A stretch of 63,719 nt of DNA, filler included, from Octopus bimaculoides (GCF_001194135.2; 9 parts of 8 records of this genome joined end to end with filler, not necessarily neighbours in it), one strand, 5' to 3'; shown: positions 48,831-62,629, counted from the whole stretch's first letter. Notes: generated from the sequence alone by a model not told the origin. A program made the numbers and translations.

Positions 48831-50141
48831 CATTAGTTAACACATTTTTAAGCGGTCATGCTTCATATATTTATATATATATTTTTAATACAATACTATA
48901 TTTTAGACATATATATCTTCATGAGAAATCTTTTTGATATTAAATTTCATGCTATTATTTCATAGTACAGTAATGTAAACCACCGTATATTAGTTATGGA
49001 AAAGAGCTATTTACTATCTTTTTTAGTCAGATACACGTTCTTTAGATAGAGGGTCTACATGGAGGTCTTTTAATTATGGCTTGCAAGTGTTTTTATATTA
49101 TGTCTGGTCAGTGAGAAAAGACCTAAGACTAAACAACAACAAGAACACCATTTTCACAATCAACAATAAAAAAACGGCAAAAACAAAAAAAAGAGCATCC
49201 AAAACATTTAACTTTTGGATCCCGCTAACAGACGAGCCCCTAACCGATCAATATTTCTCTTAAACATAACAATGAAATACCTTTACAACCCCAATAGTAC
49301 TACAATGGAAAATAAGAACTTAAATGCAGAGTATCTGAATAAATACGATAAGAAAGACTTCTAGTCAATGATTAGCTTGATAAAACTTAGCCTTGGGTTA
49401 AACGACATAAACAATGACAACGATGACAAGAACAACAACAACTAGCGTTCTACAATAAGTAACAAAGGAGTGAGATCCTTTATGCAGTATCTCGACATCC
49501 AAGAAATAACAGCCAAATAATTACCCTCAAATCGCACCACCATAATTTTAGATGAAGAATAGAAAGCATAACGCAATCCCTAATATGAAGACTATTGCCA
49601 TCAATAAAATATAAACAGGGTGGTCACAGCTGGATTCCCTTTGATTATAAATGTACTCACTTATTCAGAGAAAACCTGGGGCTAAAATAACAGCAAAATC
49701 ACCACCACCAACAACAATATCAACAACATTACGTTCTACTTTCAACAAAATTGTCGTTCCTCATCGGTGAATTTCGCATTGACTAGAAAACCAGTTGTGT
49801 GTGTGTGTGTGTGTGTGTGAGTGTGTGTGTGTGTGAGTGTGTGGGTGCTTGTTTGATTGTTGTTTAAAAAACATTATTTGTTTAAAAGCGTTTCAAATCT
49901 CTTTTCACTGTCATATGAATATATATATTTGTGTATGGGTGTATGTGTGTGTGTGTGTGTGTGAGTGTATGTCGGACGTTTTAGAAAAACAGTATGGTCT
50001 CAGGTGTATACTGAATATATTCATATTGAACTGATATAACTTACTAATATTCTCCGGTCTTTACCCAATCTTCTGTCCAACAAACCTACATCAGTGTCCC
50101 TAGCGTTACAGATCGGATTACTGTTTCAATTGATCTTCCTG

Positions 50142-50230
<89 letters not shown>

Positions 50231-50580
50231 CCTGCTATACAATTTTATATTTACTCTTTTTGATAAAATACATATTCGCATTCAAAGGATTTCAGTGTTT
50301 CGGCGCCAAATTAAACTTTATTGATTTTGTGATGATGTAATGGTATATATATATATATACACACACACACACATATATATACGTATATGTATATCTATCT
50401 ATGTATATATATACGTAAATACATATAGATATACATATATATATATATATAAATATACATATACGTATATATGTGTATATATATATAATTATATATATAT
50501 AAATAAGAATATATAGGTATGTTATATATATATATATATATATGCATATATCTACATACATATCTATATATATATATGTA

Positions 50581-50611
<31 letters not shown>

Positions 50612-51604
50612 ATATNNNNNNNNNNNNNNNNNNNNNNNNNNNNNNNNNNNNNNNNNNNNNNNNNNNNNNNNNNNNNNNNNNNNNNNNNNNNNNNNNNNNN
50701 NNNNNNNNNNNNNNNNNNNNNNNNNNNNNNNNNNNNNNNNNNNNNNNNNNNNNNNNNNNNNNNNNNNNNNNNNNNNNNNNNNNNNNNNNNNNNNNNNNNN
50801 NNNNNNNNNNNNNNNNNNNNNNNNNNNNNNNNNNNNNNNNNNNNNNNNNNNNNNNNNNNNNNNNNNNNNNNNNNNNNNNNNNNNNNNNNNNNNNNNNNNN
50901 NNNNNNNNNNNNNNNNNNNNNNNNNNNNNNNNNNNNNNNNNNNNNNNNNNNNNNNNNNNNNNNNNNNNNNNNNNNNNNNNNNNNNNNNNNNNNNNNNNNN
51001 NNNNNNNNNNNNNNNNNNNNNNNNNNNNNNNNNNNNNNNNNNNNNNNNNNNNNNNNNNNNNNNNNNNNNNNNNNNNNNNNNNNNNNNNNNNNNNNNNNNN
51101 NNNNNNNNNNNNNNNNNNNNNNNNNNNNNNNNNNNNNNNNNNNNNNNNNNNNNNNNNNNNNNNNNNNNNNNNNNNNNNNNNNNNNNNNNNNNNNNNNNNN
51201 NNNNNNNNNNNNNNNNNNNNNNNNNNNNNNNNNNNNNNNNNNNNNNNNNNNNNNNNNNNNNNNNNNNNNNNNNNNNNNNNNNNNNNNNNNNNNNNNNNNN
51301 NNNNNNNNNNNNNNNNNNNNNNNNNNNNNNNNNNNNNNNNNNNNNNNNNNNNNNNNNNNNNNNNNNNNNNNNNNNNNNNNNNNNNNNNNNNNNNNNNNNN
51401 NNNNNNNNNNNNNNNNNNNNNNNNNNNNNNNNNNNNNNNNNNNNNNNNNNNNNNNNNNNNNNNNNNNNNNNNNNNNNNNNNNNNNNNNNNNNNNNNNNNN
51501 NNNNNNNNNNNNNNNNNNNNNNNNNNNNNNNNNNNNNNNNNNNNNNNNNNNNNNNNNNNNNNNNNNNNNNNNNNNNNNNNNNNNNNNNNNNNNNNNNNNN
51601 NNNN

Positions 51605-51647
<43 letters not shown>

Positions 51648-51673
51648 TAACGATTATAATAATAATAATAATA

Positions 51674-51743
<70 letters not shown>

Positions 51744-51762
51744 GATGATGATGATAATGATA

Positions 51763-51814
<52 letters not shown>

Positions 51815-52025
51815 TAATGGATAACAAATGATAATAATAAGCAAAAATACGTACAACGATAATAATAATGTGGATAACAAGAGCAATAATGATAAGAATA
51901 ATAACAATAATAAACATATTATTAATTTGTAACATAATGATAAAAATATGAATTTTTAATATAATAATTTCTTACAAGCCAATACTGATAACAATACTAG
52001 TGCTTGTGGTGGCAATAATAATAGC

Positions 52026-52056
<31 letters not shown>

Positions 52057-52167
52057 TTAATAGCAATAGTAATAGTAATACTTTTCTAGCGGAAAGATCA
52101 TGTAATAATATTAATAATAATAATAATAACGGTAATAATAATGATAATAATAATAATGATAATAATA

Positions 52168-52198
<31 letters not shown>

Positions 52199-52205
52199 TA
52201 ATAAC

Positions 52206-52242
<37 letters not shown>

Positions 52243-52245
52243 GTA

Positions 52246-52311
<66 letters not shown>

Positions 52312-52400
52312 GCAATAATAATAATAATGATAATGATAATAATAATAATGATGATGATGAGGGGGAGGAGGAGGAGATTAACGATAACCATAATACCTTT
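51605..52400. repeat. Long (ATA)n/(ATG)n trinucleotide microsatellite
   Basis: Directly visible; similar mosaics at 55950-56110, 56570-57200 and 57605-57990. Confidence 0.95.
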
Positions 52401-52748
52401 TACAAAAACAAATACGAACATATTAACTTATCCCCAAAATTCCACACGAAACTAATGTTCCATATTAATGGTCGTCATTAAAAAACCACGTGACAGCGTT
52501 ATAAATGAAGACACCTCGTTAAAATCTCTTCAATAAATGTCATCAACTTGTTAATTCGAATAATGAATTAATTTTTGTCGTTAAAATCAAATTATATCTA
52601 CACTCATTTTGAATTCAATCCGTATGTATTGATTACAACACTTGCTTTTAGCGGGGTTACACATATAAAAAGTAACGATGTTGATGCTAATGATGATAAG
52701 GATAATGATGATGATGATGATGATGATGATGATGTTAATAATAATAAC

Positions 52749-52801
<53 letters not shown>

Positions 52802-53744
52802 AATAAAGGNNNNNNNNNNNNNNNNNNNNNNNNNNNNNNNNNNNNNNNNNNNNNNNNNNNNNNNNNNNNNNNNNNNNNNNNNNNNNNNNNNNNNNNNNNN
52901 NNNNNNNNNNNNNNNNNNNNNNNNNNNNNNNNNNNNNNNNNNNNNNNNNNNNNNNNNNNNNNNNNNNNNNNNNNNNNNNNNNNNNNNNNNNNNNNNNNNN
53001 NNNNNNNNNNNNNNNNNNNNNNNNNNNNNNNNNNNNNNNNNNNNNNNNNNNNNNNNNNNNNNNNNNNNNNNNNNNNNNNNNNNNNNNNNNNNNNNNNNNN
53101 NNNNNNNNNNNNNNNNNNNNNNNNNNNNNNNNNNNNNNNNNNNNNNNNNNNNNNNNNNNNNNNNNNNNNNNNNNNNNNNNNNNNNNNNNNNNNNNNNNNN
53201 NNNNNNNNNNNNNNNNNNNNNNNNNNNNNNNNNNTATATATATATATATATATATTTATATACATATGTATTTTTTGTGTTTTACTGTTATTCGCTTTAT
53301 CACGAATAGATTGAAGTGAATTAGAATCATAGACTATTAACTACACTTTATCTTTATTCGTTGATAACGAACCATTTAATTGTCTACAACTAATATCCCG
53401 ACCGGCCAGTAGCTAGGTTGGTGACCATAAACCTCACCTCACCCAAACTCACTAAATTCCAAAAATTTCATTTCACCCCCACTCACTATATTCCTAGTAC
53501 ACTTCCACACACACATAATGGTTCTGCTTTCTTCCATTCAAGGCTAGCTTCGGCTGGCGCACAGACGCGTTCCCACTGTGCTCATAGATTCTTCTTCTAA
53601 ATTTTTGAAATTATATGGATAATCTGATGAATACAGTTTTTTTTACTATGATGTGATGTACTCACTCATCAAGTAAAAGATGCGTAAGAAACAGCTGTTA
53701 TGATCTGACATTTATCCATCTTTTGTTCTGTTATTTCTTCGTTG

Positions 53745-53783
<39 letters not shown>

Positions 53784-53823
53784 AGAGTGTGTGTGTGTGT
53801 ATGTGTGTGCATCTGTGTATATA

Positions 53824-53862
<39 letters not shown>

Positions 53863-53869
53863 GCATATA

Positions 53870-54145
53870 TGCGTACAAGACGTCACCAACGGTGCAAATA
53901 ATATGAAATACGTTAACAAACGAGTTAAATACGTAAACAATGAGGAAAAAACCCCGGAAAACAAGACAAGTAAACACAGAGAAAGAACCCTTCAGCAGTT
54001 GTCGGCTTTCTATCTACTCCTCATTTCGAGCAGTATGAGTCTTCAAAGACAGTTGATCCCATAAATTCTAAAATAAAATTTAGGATTTTTGGAGGGTCAA
54101 AGTTGGGAACGAAAACAAGTTGGGAGTAACTGTCTTTGAAGACCT
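53870..54145 (-). mobile_element. Dispersed repeat with hammerhead-like half motif (family shared with 59940-60320)
   Basis: Shared plus-strand blocks AAACAAGACA, TTCA(G/T)CAGTTGTC and ATCTACTCC.CATTTCGA in both copies, each after a (TA)n tract. Confidence 0.55.
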
Positions 54146-55619
54146 ATATTGTCGTATTATTAGGACTAATATTGCTGTAATTTAACCCCAGGAGACAACG
54201 TCTCCAGCTGGCTATACGACATAATCTGTGGACTAATTTACAGCAACATTCGTCCTAAACCAGGACTGCAATGTTATGTTGGCAAACAATCTTTACTCGA
54301 AAGTACTGTTGCTGAATATCTCACGTTGTGAGATTTAAAAATAGTAATTTGCCTCAAATGATGTTATTTTACACATCATATTAACAATGTTTTATTTTCC
54401 ACGGAGATTTTCTGTTGGCGTAACTACGGTAATATAATGTTTCACAAATCGAAAAAACAAAAAAAAAAAAAAAAACACAAAAAACTTGCGTCCTCTAACC
54501 TTGGGTGTTAGTCTATTATTTCAATACAGAAATTTATATTTGTCGGTGTGACGAGATGGAATATTTTAGAACTAAAATGTATTCTTAAGAAGATATTAGT
54601 ATGAAAAAAAAATTATAAGAAATAAGTATATTCTTAGCTTATCTAATAGATGAAACATTAAGAAAATCTAAACTAGAAATAAATAAGCGATGAAGAAAAA
54701 AATGATAAAAATAGACGAGTAAGATTACATTAATCCGTTCTATGGATGTTTCTGTAACATGTGATATAATCTCTAAAGCCATAAAGATTAGGATTAAGTT
54801 TAACAACATTCGTTTCGTATGTTATACATTTTCTCTCAAATATCACCTGAATATATTATGAATAAATGTAACTGTTACGATTTTAAATGTCAAATGATGT
54901 TGGATATTTTGTGGTTTTGGAGTCTCCGTCGGTCGCGACGATCACCCTCAGTTGTTTGACGACTGAGTTTCTATCCTGAATTCAATGTACATAAATACAA
55001 ACATATTTACATACATGCATATATATATGTATATACATATACATATATGTATGTACATACATACGTACATACATACCTTACATACATACATTACATACAT
55101 ACATTGCATAGCTGTTCCACGTCACATGTTCGTCCCTTCATGTTCCGAGTTCAATCCTTACCTAGGTAAACATTATGTCTTATCTTTCTGTTGTCCTTGA
55201 AATAAACTCCTGTGGAGTACTAAGGGGGTCGAAGTGATCGATTATACTCCTTCTCTACCAAATCAATAAATTCTTGGACTTGATCATATTTCACCTATCG
55301 ATACTATTTCACATTTTTCTGGATGATCAGATTGTGAAAATGTCAAACTGGCACAGTTTTAGAGCAGCAGGTTGTTACTACTTCTGTGACGTCAGCTTTT
55401 AAACTAAGCTAGCGAGAAGGAAGGACAAGAGGAAGAAAGAAAAGAAAGAAGGAAGGAAGGAAAAAAAGAAAGAAGAAAAGAAAGGAGGAAAGAAGGAAAA
55501 AGAAAGAAAGAAGACAAACATTCTGATGTTTTAAGATGCATCGCCTACACCTTCGTCTTTACCTTCTGCTTTAGCTCCGCCTCCCCTTCCGCCTCCTGCT
55601 CCTCCTCTTACTACTACTA

Positions 55620-55654
<35 letters not shown>

Positions 55655-55896
55655 ATTGCTGCTGCTACTGCCGCGACCAGCACCATCGGCATCAACACCA
55701 CCACCAAAACAAACACCCCAGCATCTGCAGCAGTAACACCATCACAATTCTTTGTCTTCCTCCTCTTCCTCTTCCGCTTCCTCTTTCTCCTCATCGTCCT
55801 CGTTTCTTTTTTCTTTATCTTTGTTTTCTTCTTTTTCGTCTCCCGCTTCACCATCACCATCACTGCCACCATCAGCACCACCAACACACCACTTAC

Positions 55897-55916
55897 AACA
55901 CCATAAACACAAACTC
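55897..55916 (-). CDS. Candidate 20-nt microexon (or start of a terminal exon reading to TGA at 55742)
   Basis: TTGCACAG| acceptor and perfect |GTAAGT donor; phase 2 joins to 56186 to give W-SLCLWC. Confidence 0.3.
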
Positions 55917-56020
55917 CTGTGCAACTAATACAACGACGCCACCATCATTACCACCACCAACGCATGCACATCGTCATCATCACCATCATCATCATCGCCA
56001 TCATCATCACCATCATCATT

Positions 56021-56069
<49 letters not shown>

Positions 56070-56185
56070 ACATCATCATCAGCATCATCATCCGCTTCGT
56101 CATCATCATCATTATGTTCAAAGTACACATTCCTTCAGCTTCCGCATCTCTTACACCAGTTTTATATCCTTATCGTCCACCTCAC

Positions 56186-56313
56186 CATCCATGGCCATCA
56201 CTCCCAAATATCTCAACTGGGTTAACACGAACATCATCTGCCAATGTCACATTGCAGACTGCAGAGACAGTTTGTTTGTATGAAGTACAGACATTGCTGA
56301 TGAAGTCAAATAG
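56186..56313 (-). CDS. Candidate internal coding exon of an unidentified gene
   Basis: CATCTTTTTCCAG| acceptor, TG|GTGAGG donor just before an in-frame TGA; only one open frame: LFDFISNVCTSYKQTVSAVCNVTLADDVRVNPVEIFGSDGHG; complex island amid microsatellites. Confidence 0.6.
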
Positions 56314-56390
56314 CTGGAAAAAGATGATGGTGATGANNNNNNNNNNGACATTGCTGATGAAGTCAAATAGCTGGAAAAAGATGATGGTGA

Positions 56391-56427
<37 letters not shown>

Positions 56428-56733
56428 AACGATGATGATGATGATGATGATGATAATGATGATTATAACATTAACTTATTTATAATATTTGTCCTTTAAA
56501 ACAAAACGCCCATTCGCCCATATATACATACATGCATGCTGAAATGACCCCCCCCACCACCATCATAATATTAATATTTATAACAATAATAATAATGATA
56601 ATGACGATGATGATGATGAGGGTGATGATGATGATGATGATGATGATGATAATGATAACAAGAACTACAAAACCAACAACAATAATGATAATAATATTGA
56701 TGATAATGACGATAATATCAGTAATAATACAGC

Positions 56734-56791
<58 letters not shown>

Positions 56792-57085
56792 GGAATTCAA
56801 TACATCTCGAACTAAAACGAGGAATAATAAAAACAAGTGTATATACAATATAACACAATGAATAAAATAAAGCAAACTGTTAAATAATATATTAATGATA
56901 ATAATATTAATAGCAATAAATATAACAACAGCAGCAACAACAACAATAATAATAATAATAATAATAATGATGATGATGATGATGATGATGATGATTGTAA
57001 TGATAATATCAATAATAGCAATAATAATACCACTACTAATAATAATATTGCTCACAATAACAATACTTATAATAATAATAATGAA

Positions 57086-57129
<44 letters not shown>

Positions 57130-57145
57130 TAAGTAATAATAATGG

Positions 57146-57207
<62 letters not shown>

Positions 57208-57605
57208 ACCAACAAAAACAAAACAAAAGCATTAAAAGATAAAAACAAAGGAAAAACAAATAGCTAAACATTGGCAAGACAAGACAGGAAAAGAAAAGAA
57301 CAAAAAGAAGCTCATTGGCAATAGAAAAATAAAAGATGATAAAAACGGGCAAAAATTATATAGATAAAAAAAAAGAGAGGATAAGAAAATGGAAGTAAAG
57401 CCATAAAATATGTAATTCAAAGGGAAATATGGAGAATAAATAGTGTCTTGTTTATGGAGATATTTACTGAAGGGAATCGTTTTAGTTTGTTTGTTTGATC
57501 TTTGAGCCATATGTGGCTGGTGTCGATACGAAACAATTATCATCAGTGAGTGTTGCTGCTTAGAAATCAAATGGCTCAACAGATGAACAACATCAACAAC
57601 GACTG

Positions 57606-57643
<38 letters not shown>

Positions 57644-57731
57644 CTGGTGATGGTGATGAGGATGACGATGATATTGAAGTTGATGATGATGATGGTGATG
57701 ATGATGGTGAAGTTGATGATGATGGTGATGG

Positions 57732-57762
<31 letters not shown>

Positions 57763-58959
57763 GGTGATGTTGATGATGATGATGATGATGATGGTGACGA
57801 TGATGATGATGACGATGGTGATGATAACGATAACAACGGCAGCAACAGCAGCAGCAGTAGCAGCGATGACGCTACAACAGCGACTGTAACAACAACAATA
57901 ATGATGATAAGAACAACAACAACAATTTTTATAATGGTGATGATGACAGCAGCAGTGACGACGATGATGATGATGACGATGGTGATGATAANNNNNNNNN
58001 NNNNNNNNNNNNNNNNNNNNNNNNNNNNNNNNNNNNNNNNNNNNNNNNNNNNNNNNNNNNNNNNNNNNNNNNNNNNNNNNNNNNNNNNNNNNNNNNNNNN
58101 NNNNNNNNNNNNNNNNNNNNNNNNNNNNNNNNNNNNNNNNNNNNNNNNNNNNNNNNNNNNNNNNNNNNNNNNNNNNNNNNNNNNNNNNNNNNNNNNNNNN
58201 NNNNNNNNNNNNNNNNNNNNNNNNNNNNNNNNNNNNNNNNNNNNNNNNNNNNNNNNNNNNNNNNNNNNNNNNNNNNNNNNNNNNNNNNNNNNNNNNNNNN
58301 NNNNNNNNNNNNNNNNNNNNNNNNNNNNNNNNNNNNNNNNNNNNNNNNNNNNNNNNNNNNNNNNNNNNNNNNNNNNNNNNNNNNNNNNNNNNNNNNNNNN
58401 NNNNNNNNNNNNNNNNNNNNNNNNNNNNNNNNNNNNNNNNNNNNNNNNNNNNNNNNNNNNNNNNNNNNNNNNNNNNNNNNNNNNNNNNNNNNNNNNNNNN
58501 NNNNNNNNNNNNNNNNNNNNNNNNNNNNNNNNNNNNNNNNNNNNNNNNNNNNNNNNNNNNNNNNNNNNNNNNNNNNNNNNNNNNNNNNNNNNNNNNNNNN
58601 NNNNNNNNNNNNNNNNNNNNNNNNNNNNNNNNNNNNNNNNNNNNNNNNNNNNNNNNNNNNNNNNNNNNNNNNNNNNNNNNNNNNNNNNNNNNNNNNNNNN
58701 NNNNNNNNNNNNNNNNNNNNNNNNNNNNNNNNNNNNNNNNNNNNNNNNNNNNNNNNNNNNNNNNNNNNNNNNNNNNNNNNNNNNNNNNNNNNNNNNNNNN
58801 NNNNNNNNNNNNNNNNNNNNNNNNNNNNNNNNNNNNNNNNNTTCTTCTTCTTCTTCTTCTTCTTCTTCTTCTTCTTCTTCTTCTTCTTCTTCTTCTTTTA
58901 AGATCCACAAAGAGCAGAACATACCTGCAGCTCCTGGTGGTCCAAATCGGAGGTGCGTG

Positions 58960-59160
58960 TCTGTGTTTGTCTCCCTCAACATCGCTTGATAACCGATGCT
59001 GGTGTGTTTATGTCCCCGTAAGTTAGCGGTTCGGCAAAAGAGACCGATAGAATAAGTATTGGGCTTACAAAGAATAAGTCTTGCGGTCAATTTTCTCGAG
59101 TGAAGGCGGTGCTCCAGCATGGCCACAGTCAAATGACTGAAACAAATAAAAGAGTAAACG
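58960..59160 (+). mobile_element. SINE 3' half, CpG-intact
   Basis: GTCCCCGTAA.TTAGCGGTTCGGCAAAAGAGACCGATAGAATAAG...GGCGGTGCTCCAGCATGGCC.CAGTCAAATGACTGAAAC. Confidence 0.85.
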
Positions 59161-59939
59161 AATAGATGCGCATCCGTAAATTTGTGTGCGTGTATGTCTG
59201 TGTGTTTGTGTCTCACCTTTTGACAATAGTGTTGCTTTGCATATATGTCCTTGAAAAATTGCGAATCTGGCGGATCTGCAAAAAGAGCAGCAACGACAGA
59301 GTAAATACCTGGCTTTGAAGAAAATACTGGGGTCGAGAGGATGGACTAAAACCGGCATGGCTGCAGCGGAGTGACTCGAGTCAGTACAAAATAAGAGACT
59401 GAATACACACACAACCATAGAACACAAAAACGCACGTTCACGTACACACATTTCATAGAAGACACATACCGAAGAATCCTGGCAATGAAATTGAACCAGG
59501 AAACATGTGTTTGCGAAGTGAACTCTTTAATTCTACACCCAAATAACCATTCCGTAGTTGTCAGAATGCAGAACAACGTATTTGTCTGGTATTTCTTTTT
59601 ATCGACTCCNNNNNNNNNNNNNNNNNNNNNNNNNNNNNNNNNNNNNNNNNNNNTTAATTAATTAANNNNNNNNNNNNNNNNNNNNNNNNNNNNNNNNNNN
59701 NNNNNNNNNTATATATATATGTATATATATATGTATACATATATATATGTATCTGCCTCTCCCTTAGATCGGTGGGGTGGATAGTGAAGGTTGGTATGCA
59801 TAAACAACCTTACTCTAACTTCTTTCTTGGAGGGCAACTTTCATGACCGAATGGGGTCTTTACTCTTTATGTATGTACGTAAATATATAATAATATAAAT
59901 AATATATAAATATATGCATATATCCATACATATATGTAC

Positions 59940-60320
59940 ATACCTACATCTATATGTATACATACAAGCATATATGGGTACAGGACATCACAAAAAACGT
60001 TAAACACAATGAGAAACGAAAACATAAAGACGAAGACAGAAAACGAACTTTTTTTTGAACAACGAAAAAAACAAACAGAGAAACAAGACATGCAACATAA
60101 AGAATATTTCCTTTCATCAGTTGTCCCTGTCCATCTACTCCGCATTTCGAAGACAAGGACAATAAGCACTTCGTTGGAACAGTCCTTCCTGCAAAGCAAA
60201 TTAAATAAAATTTGGAATTTTTGGCGGAGGGTGAAAGTGTTAACAAGAACAGAACAGTGAGAACAAGACAGTAAAAGCAAGACAAGACATTGGAAACAAA
60301 CGGTAAGGGCTGTTAAGTTA
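59940..60320 (-). mobile_element. Dispersed repeat with hammerhead-like half motif (family shared with 53870-54145)
   Basis: Minus strand GGACAA-CTGATGA-AAGG-AAATATT-CTTT-ATGTTGC-ATGTC-TTGTTT. Confidence 0.55.
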
Positions 60321-60465
60321 AGACGGTAGAAAAATTATTATTTTGAACGCTAGTTAGATGTGAATGAGAGACAAAAAAATCACGTCTTCTCTATAGGAAG
60401 GCAGGAAATAGAAAGAAAGAATCCCTTTCGTCACGTGTCAGCGACGAGATGGTCAAGGAGGAAGA

Positions 60466-60534
<69 letters not shown>

Positions 60535-60689
60535 GTAACGGTGAAAAGAAGAGAAGAATAGTGAAAGGGTGGGAGAGAAAAACAGAAAGGCTGAAGAACA
60601 AGAGGGGGAGAGAGATAGATAGAGAAGTGATAGTAATAGTAGTAGAGTGCGCCAAACTATAGGATATTGTTATACATTGCTTGTGACAA

Positions 60690-60940
60690 TGCGTTTCGCA
60701 TTGTTTTAGCTTCGAATGATGCCACCCTGGTGGCTAGGCGAGCAAGCCACCTTTCCCCACTGATCGGAAGACTATTCCGTCACAGGGTTACCCAATTACT
60801 GCTCAGTGGATTGGAGCAACGTGAAATGGTGTGTTTTGCTCAAGAAAACAATGTGCTGCTCTGCCCGGAATTTGAAACCATGGAAACCCATAATCTAGCG
60901 ATTGTGAGTGCAACAGTACTCACACCACTAGGTCACACAC
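60690..60940 (-). mobile_element. tRNA-derived SINE
   Basis: CAGTGGA.TGGAGCAACGTGAAAT..TGTTTTGCTCAAGAA.ACAA, then a degraded tRNA-like head; related to 62780-63050. Confidence 0.6.
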
Positions 60941-60982
<42 letters not shown>

Positions 60983-61148
60983 NNNNNNNNNNNNNNNNNN
61001 NNNNNNNNNNNNNNNNNNNNNNNNNNTTAATTAATTAANNNNNNNNNNNNNNNNNNNNNNNNNNNNNNNNNNNNNNNNNNNNTGGTATGTAGTCTTGCTG
61101 CTATTTCTAGTGGGTTAGATTACAGGCATCTCTGTATTTTAAATGAAG

Positions 61149-61187
<39 letters not shown>

Positions 61188-62629
61188 TTGCTATTATGCA
61201 ACAGCGTCGCAAGACCAAAACGTAGATTCATCAGGAAACAGAAAAAAGTAATTTCACAATTGCATAGCAAAATCGCTGTACTACACTTTGACAATTTGAT
61301 ATCTTGGCATCAGAAGCAGCTAGAGATACGATAGTTTGACCAAAAGGACCGGCTATTGCAAGCTAAAATAGATATTGAATAAGATTCATTTGTCCAAATT
61401 TGGACTTACGAGACATTAGCATATGTATAAATATGTGCATATATGTATATATGCATTTATGCGTGCGTGTGTATGTATATTTGAGTGTATATAGATTGAT
61501 ATGAGAGGGGAAAGCAGAAATCTCTATATGTGTTTAAATGTGTTCTGCATTATACTCGGATGGTTAATATATTTCCTTCAACCAGTAAGATTCCGTGCTT
61601 GATCCTACGTCCATACACCTAACTCTCTGTTAACGAGAAACAATTCCCTATGGCCTTTGTTCAACATTTATCCTGTAATTTGCTATGCAGAATTTGTAGA
61701 GAAGCCCTTCCTCTGGATGTTTCTGTAAGTTTGAAACGGATAACCTGTAAGACCTGGCATATTCGGCTACTTCTGCAACAGAAACGTGTTAAAAATAAAA
61801 ATGATTTTAGAGAATTCAGTCGGTTACACATTCTCAATAAGCAGTCATTTAGTAGATTAAACAAATGTATCTTTACCGGCAATCAAGCTGACTACTTGCA
61901 TGTGTCGTATTGCGTGAGAGTGTGTGCATGTGTGTGTGAACGTTTGTGAATTTTTACGAGCGAGTATGTGTATATCTTTTGATTTTGTAAAATAGGTATA
62001 CACAGGTATATATATAGGTAACAACACAAATTATCTTCTGTTTATGATCATTGCTCTTTTTTAAGAATAGTTATTATTCATCCTGTACCTTAGTAGTATA
62101 TGCATGCATTCATTTATTAAAATGCTTAACTCTTCATCATTTTGGTACAATAATACTCAGTGAGCAATTCATAAATCTACGTCTTTTATATTAGCTTCTC
62201 TGCTACTCATTTAGTCATAATTGTGGTCTCATTTATATTAAAGTGGTGTCTGATATTTATAATTTAATCGCGGTTACATGCGCCAACCCATGCCTTACAA
62301 ATTTATCAACTATAAACATAAATGGCAACTTCTGTCTGTTTCTGGTTGTGTGTGTATGTGAATTTGTGAATTTATTACTTTAACTCCTCTGAGTCTATCC
62401 AGCCGATGTTGAAACATGACACATATAGGGGGCTTATGCCCCTACGGTCACTTACGCACAGGGAATTTTTTTAATGGATAATTTTTAATCGTCATTGATT
62501 TTTCAAAAATCAATAGGACATTTTAATGCNNNNNNNNNNNNNNNNNNNNNNNNNNNNNNNNNNNNNNNNNNNNTTAATTAATTAANNNNNNNNNNNNNNN
62601 NNNNNNNNNNNNNNNNNNNNNNNNNNNNN

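Noticed and set aside
55540-55760. Pro/Thr/Ala-rich plus-strand open frame
   Set aside because: Trinucleotide mosaic without convincing splice sites.
56297-56325. CTGATGAAGTC...GGAAA on the plus strand
   Set aside because: No proper stems; lies antisense to the exon candidate.
56290-56395. About 47-bp direct repeat flanking a 10-N gap
   Set aside because: Contig overlap artefact; the exon acceptor was counted once.
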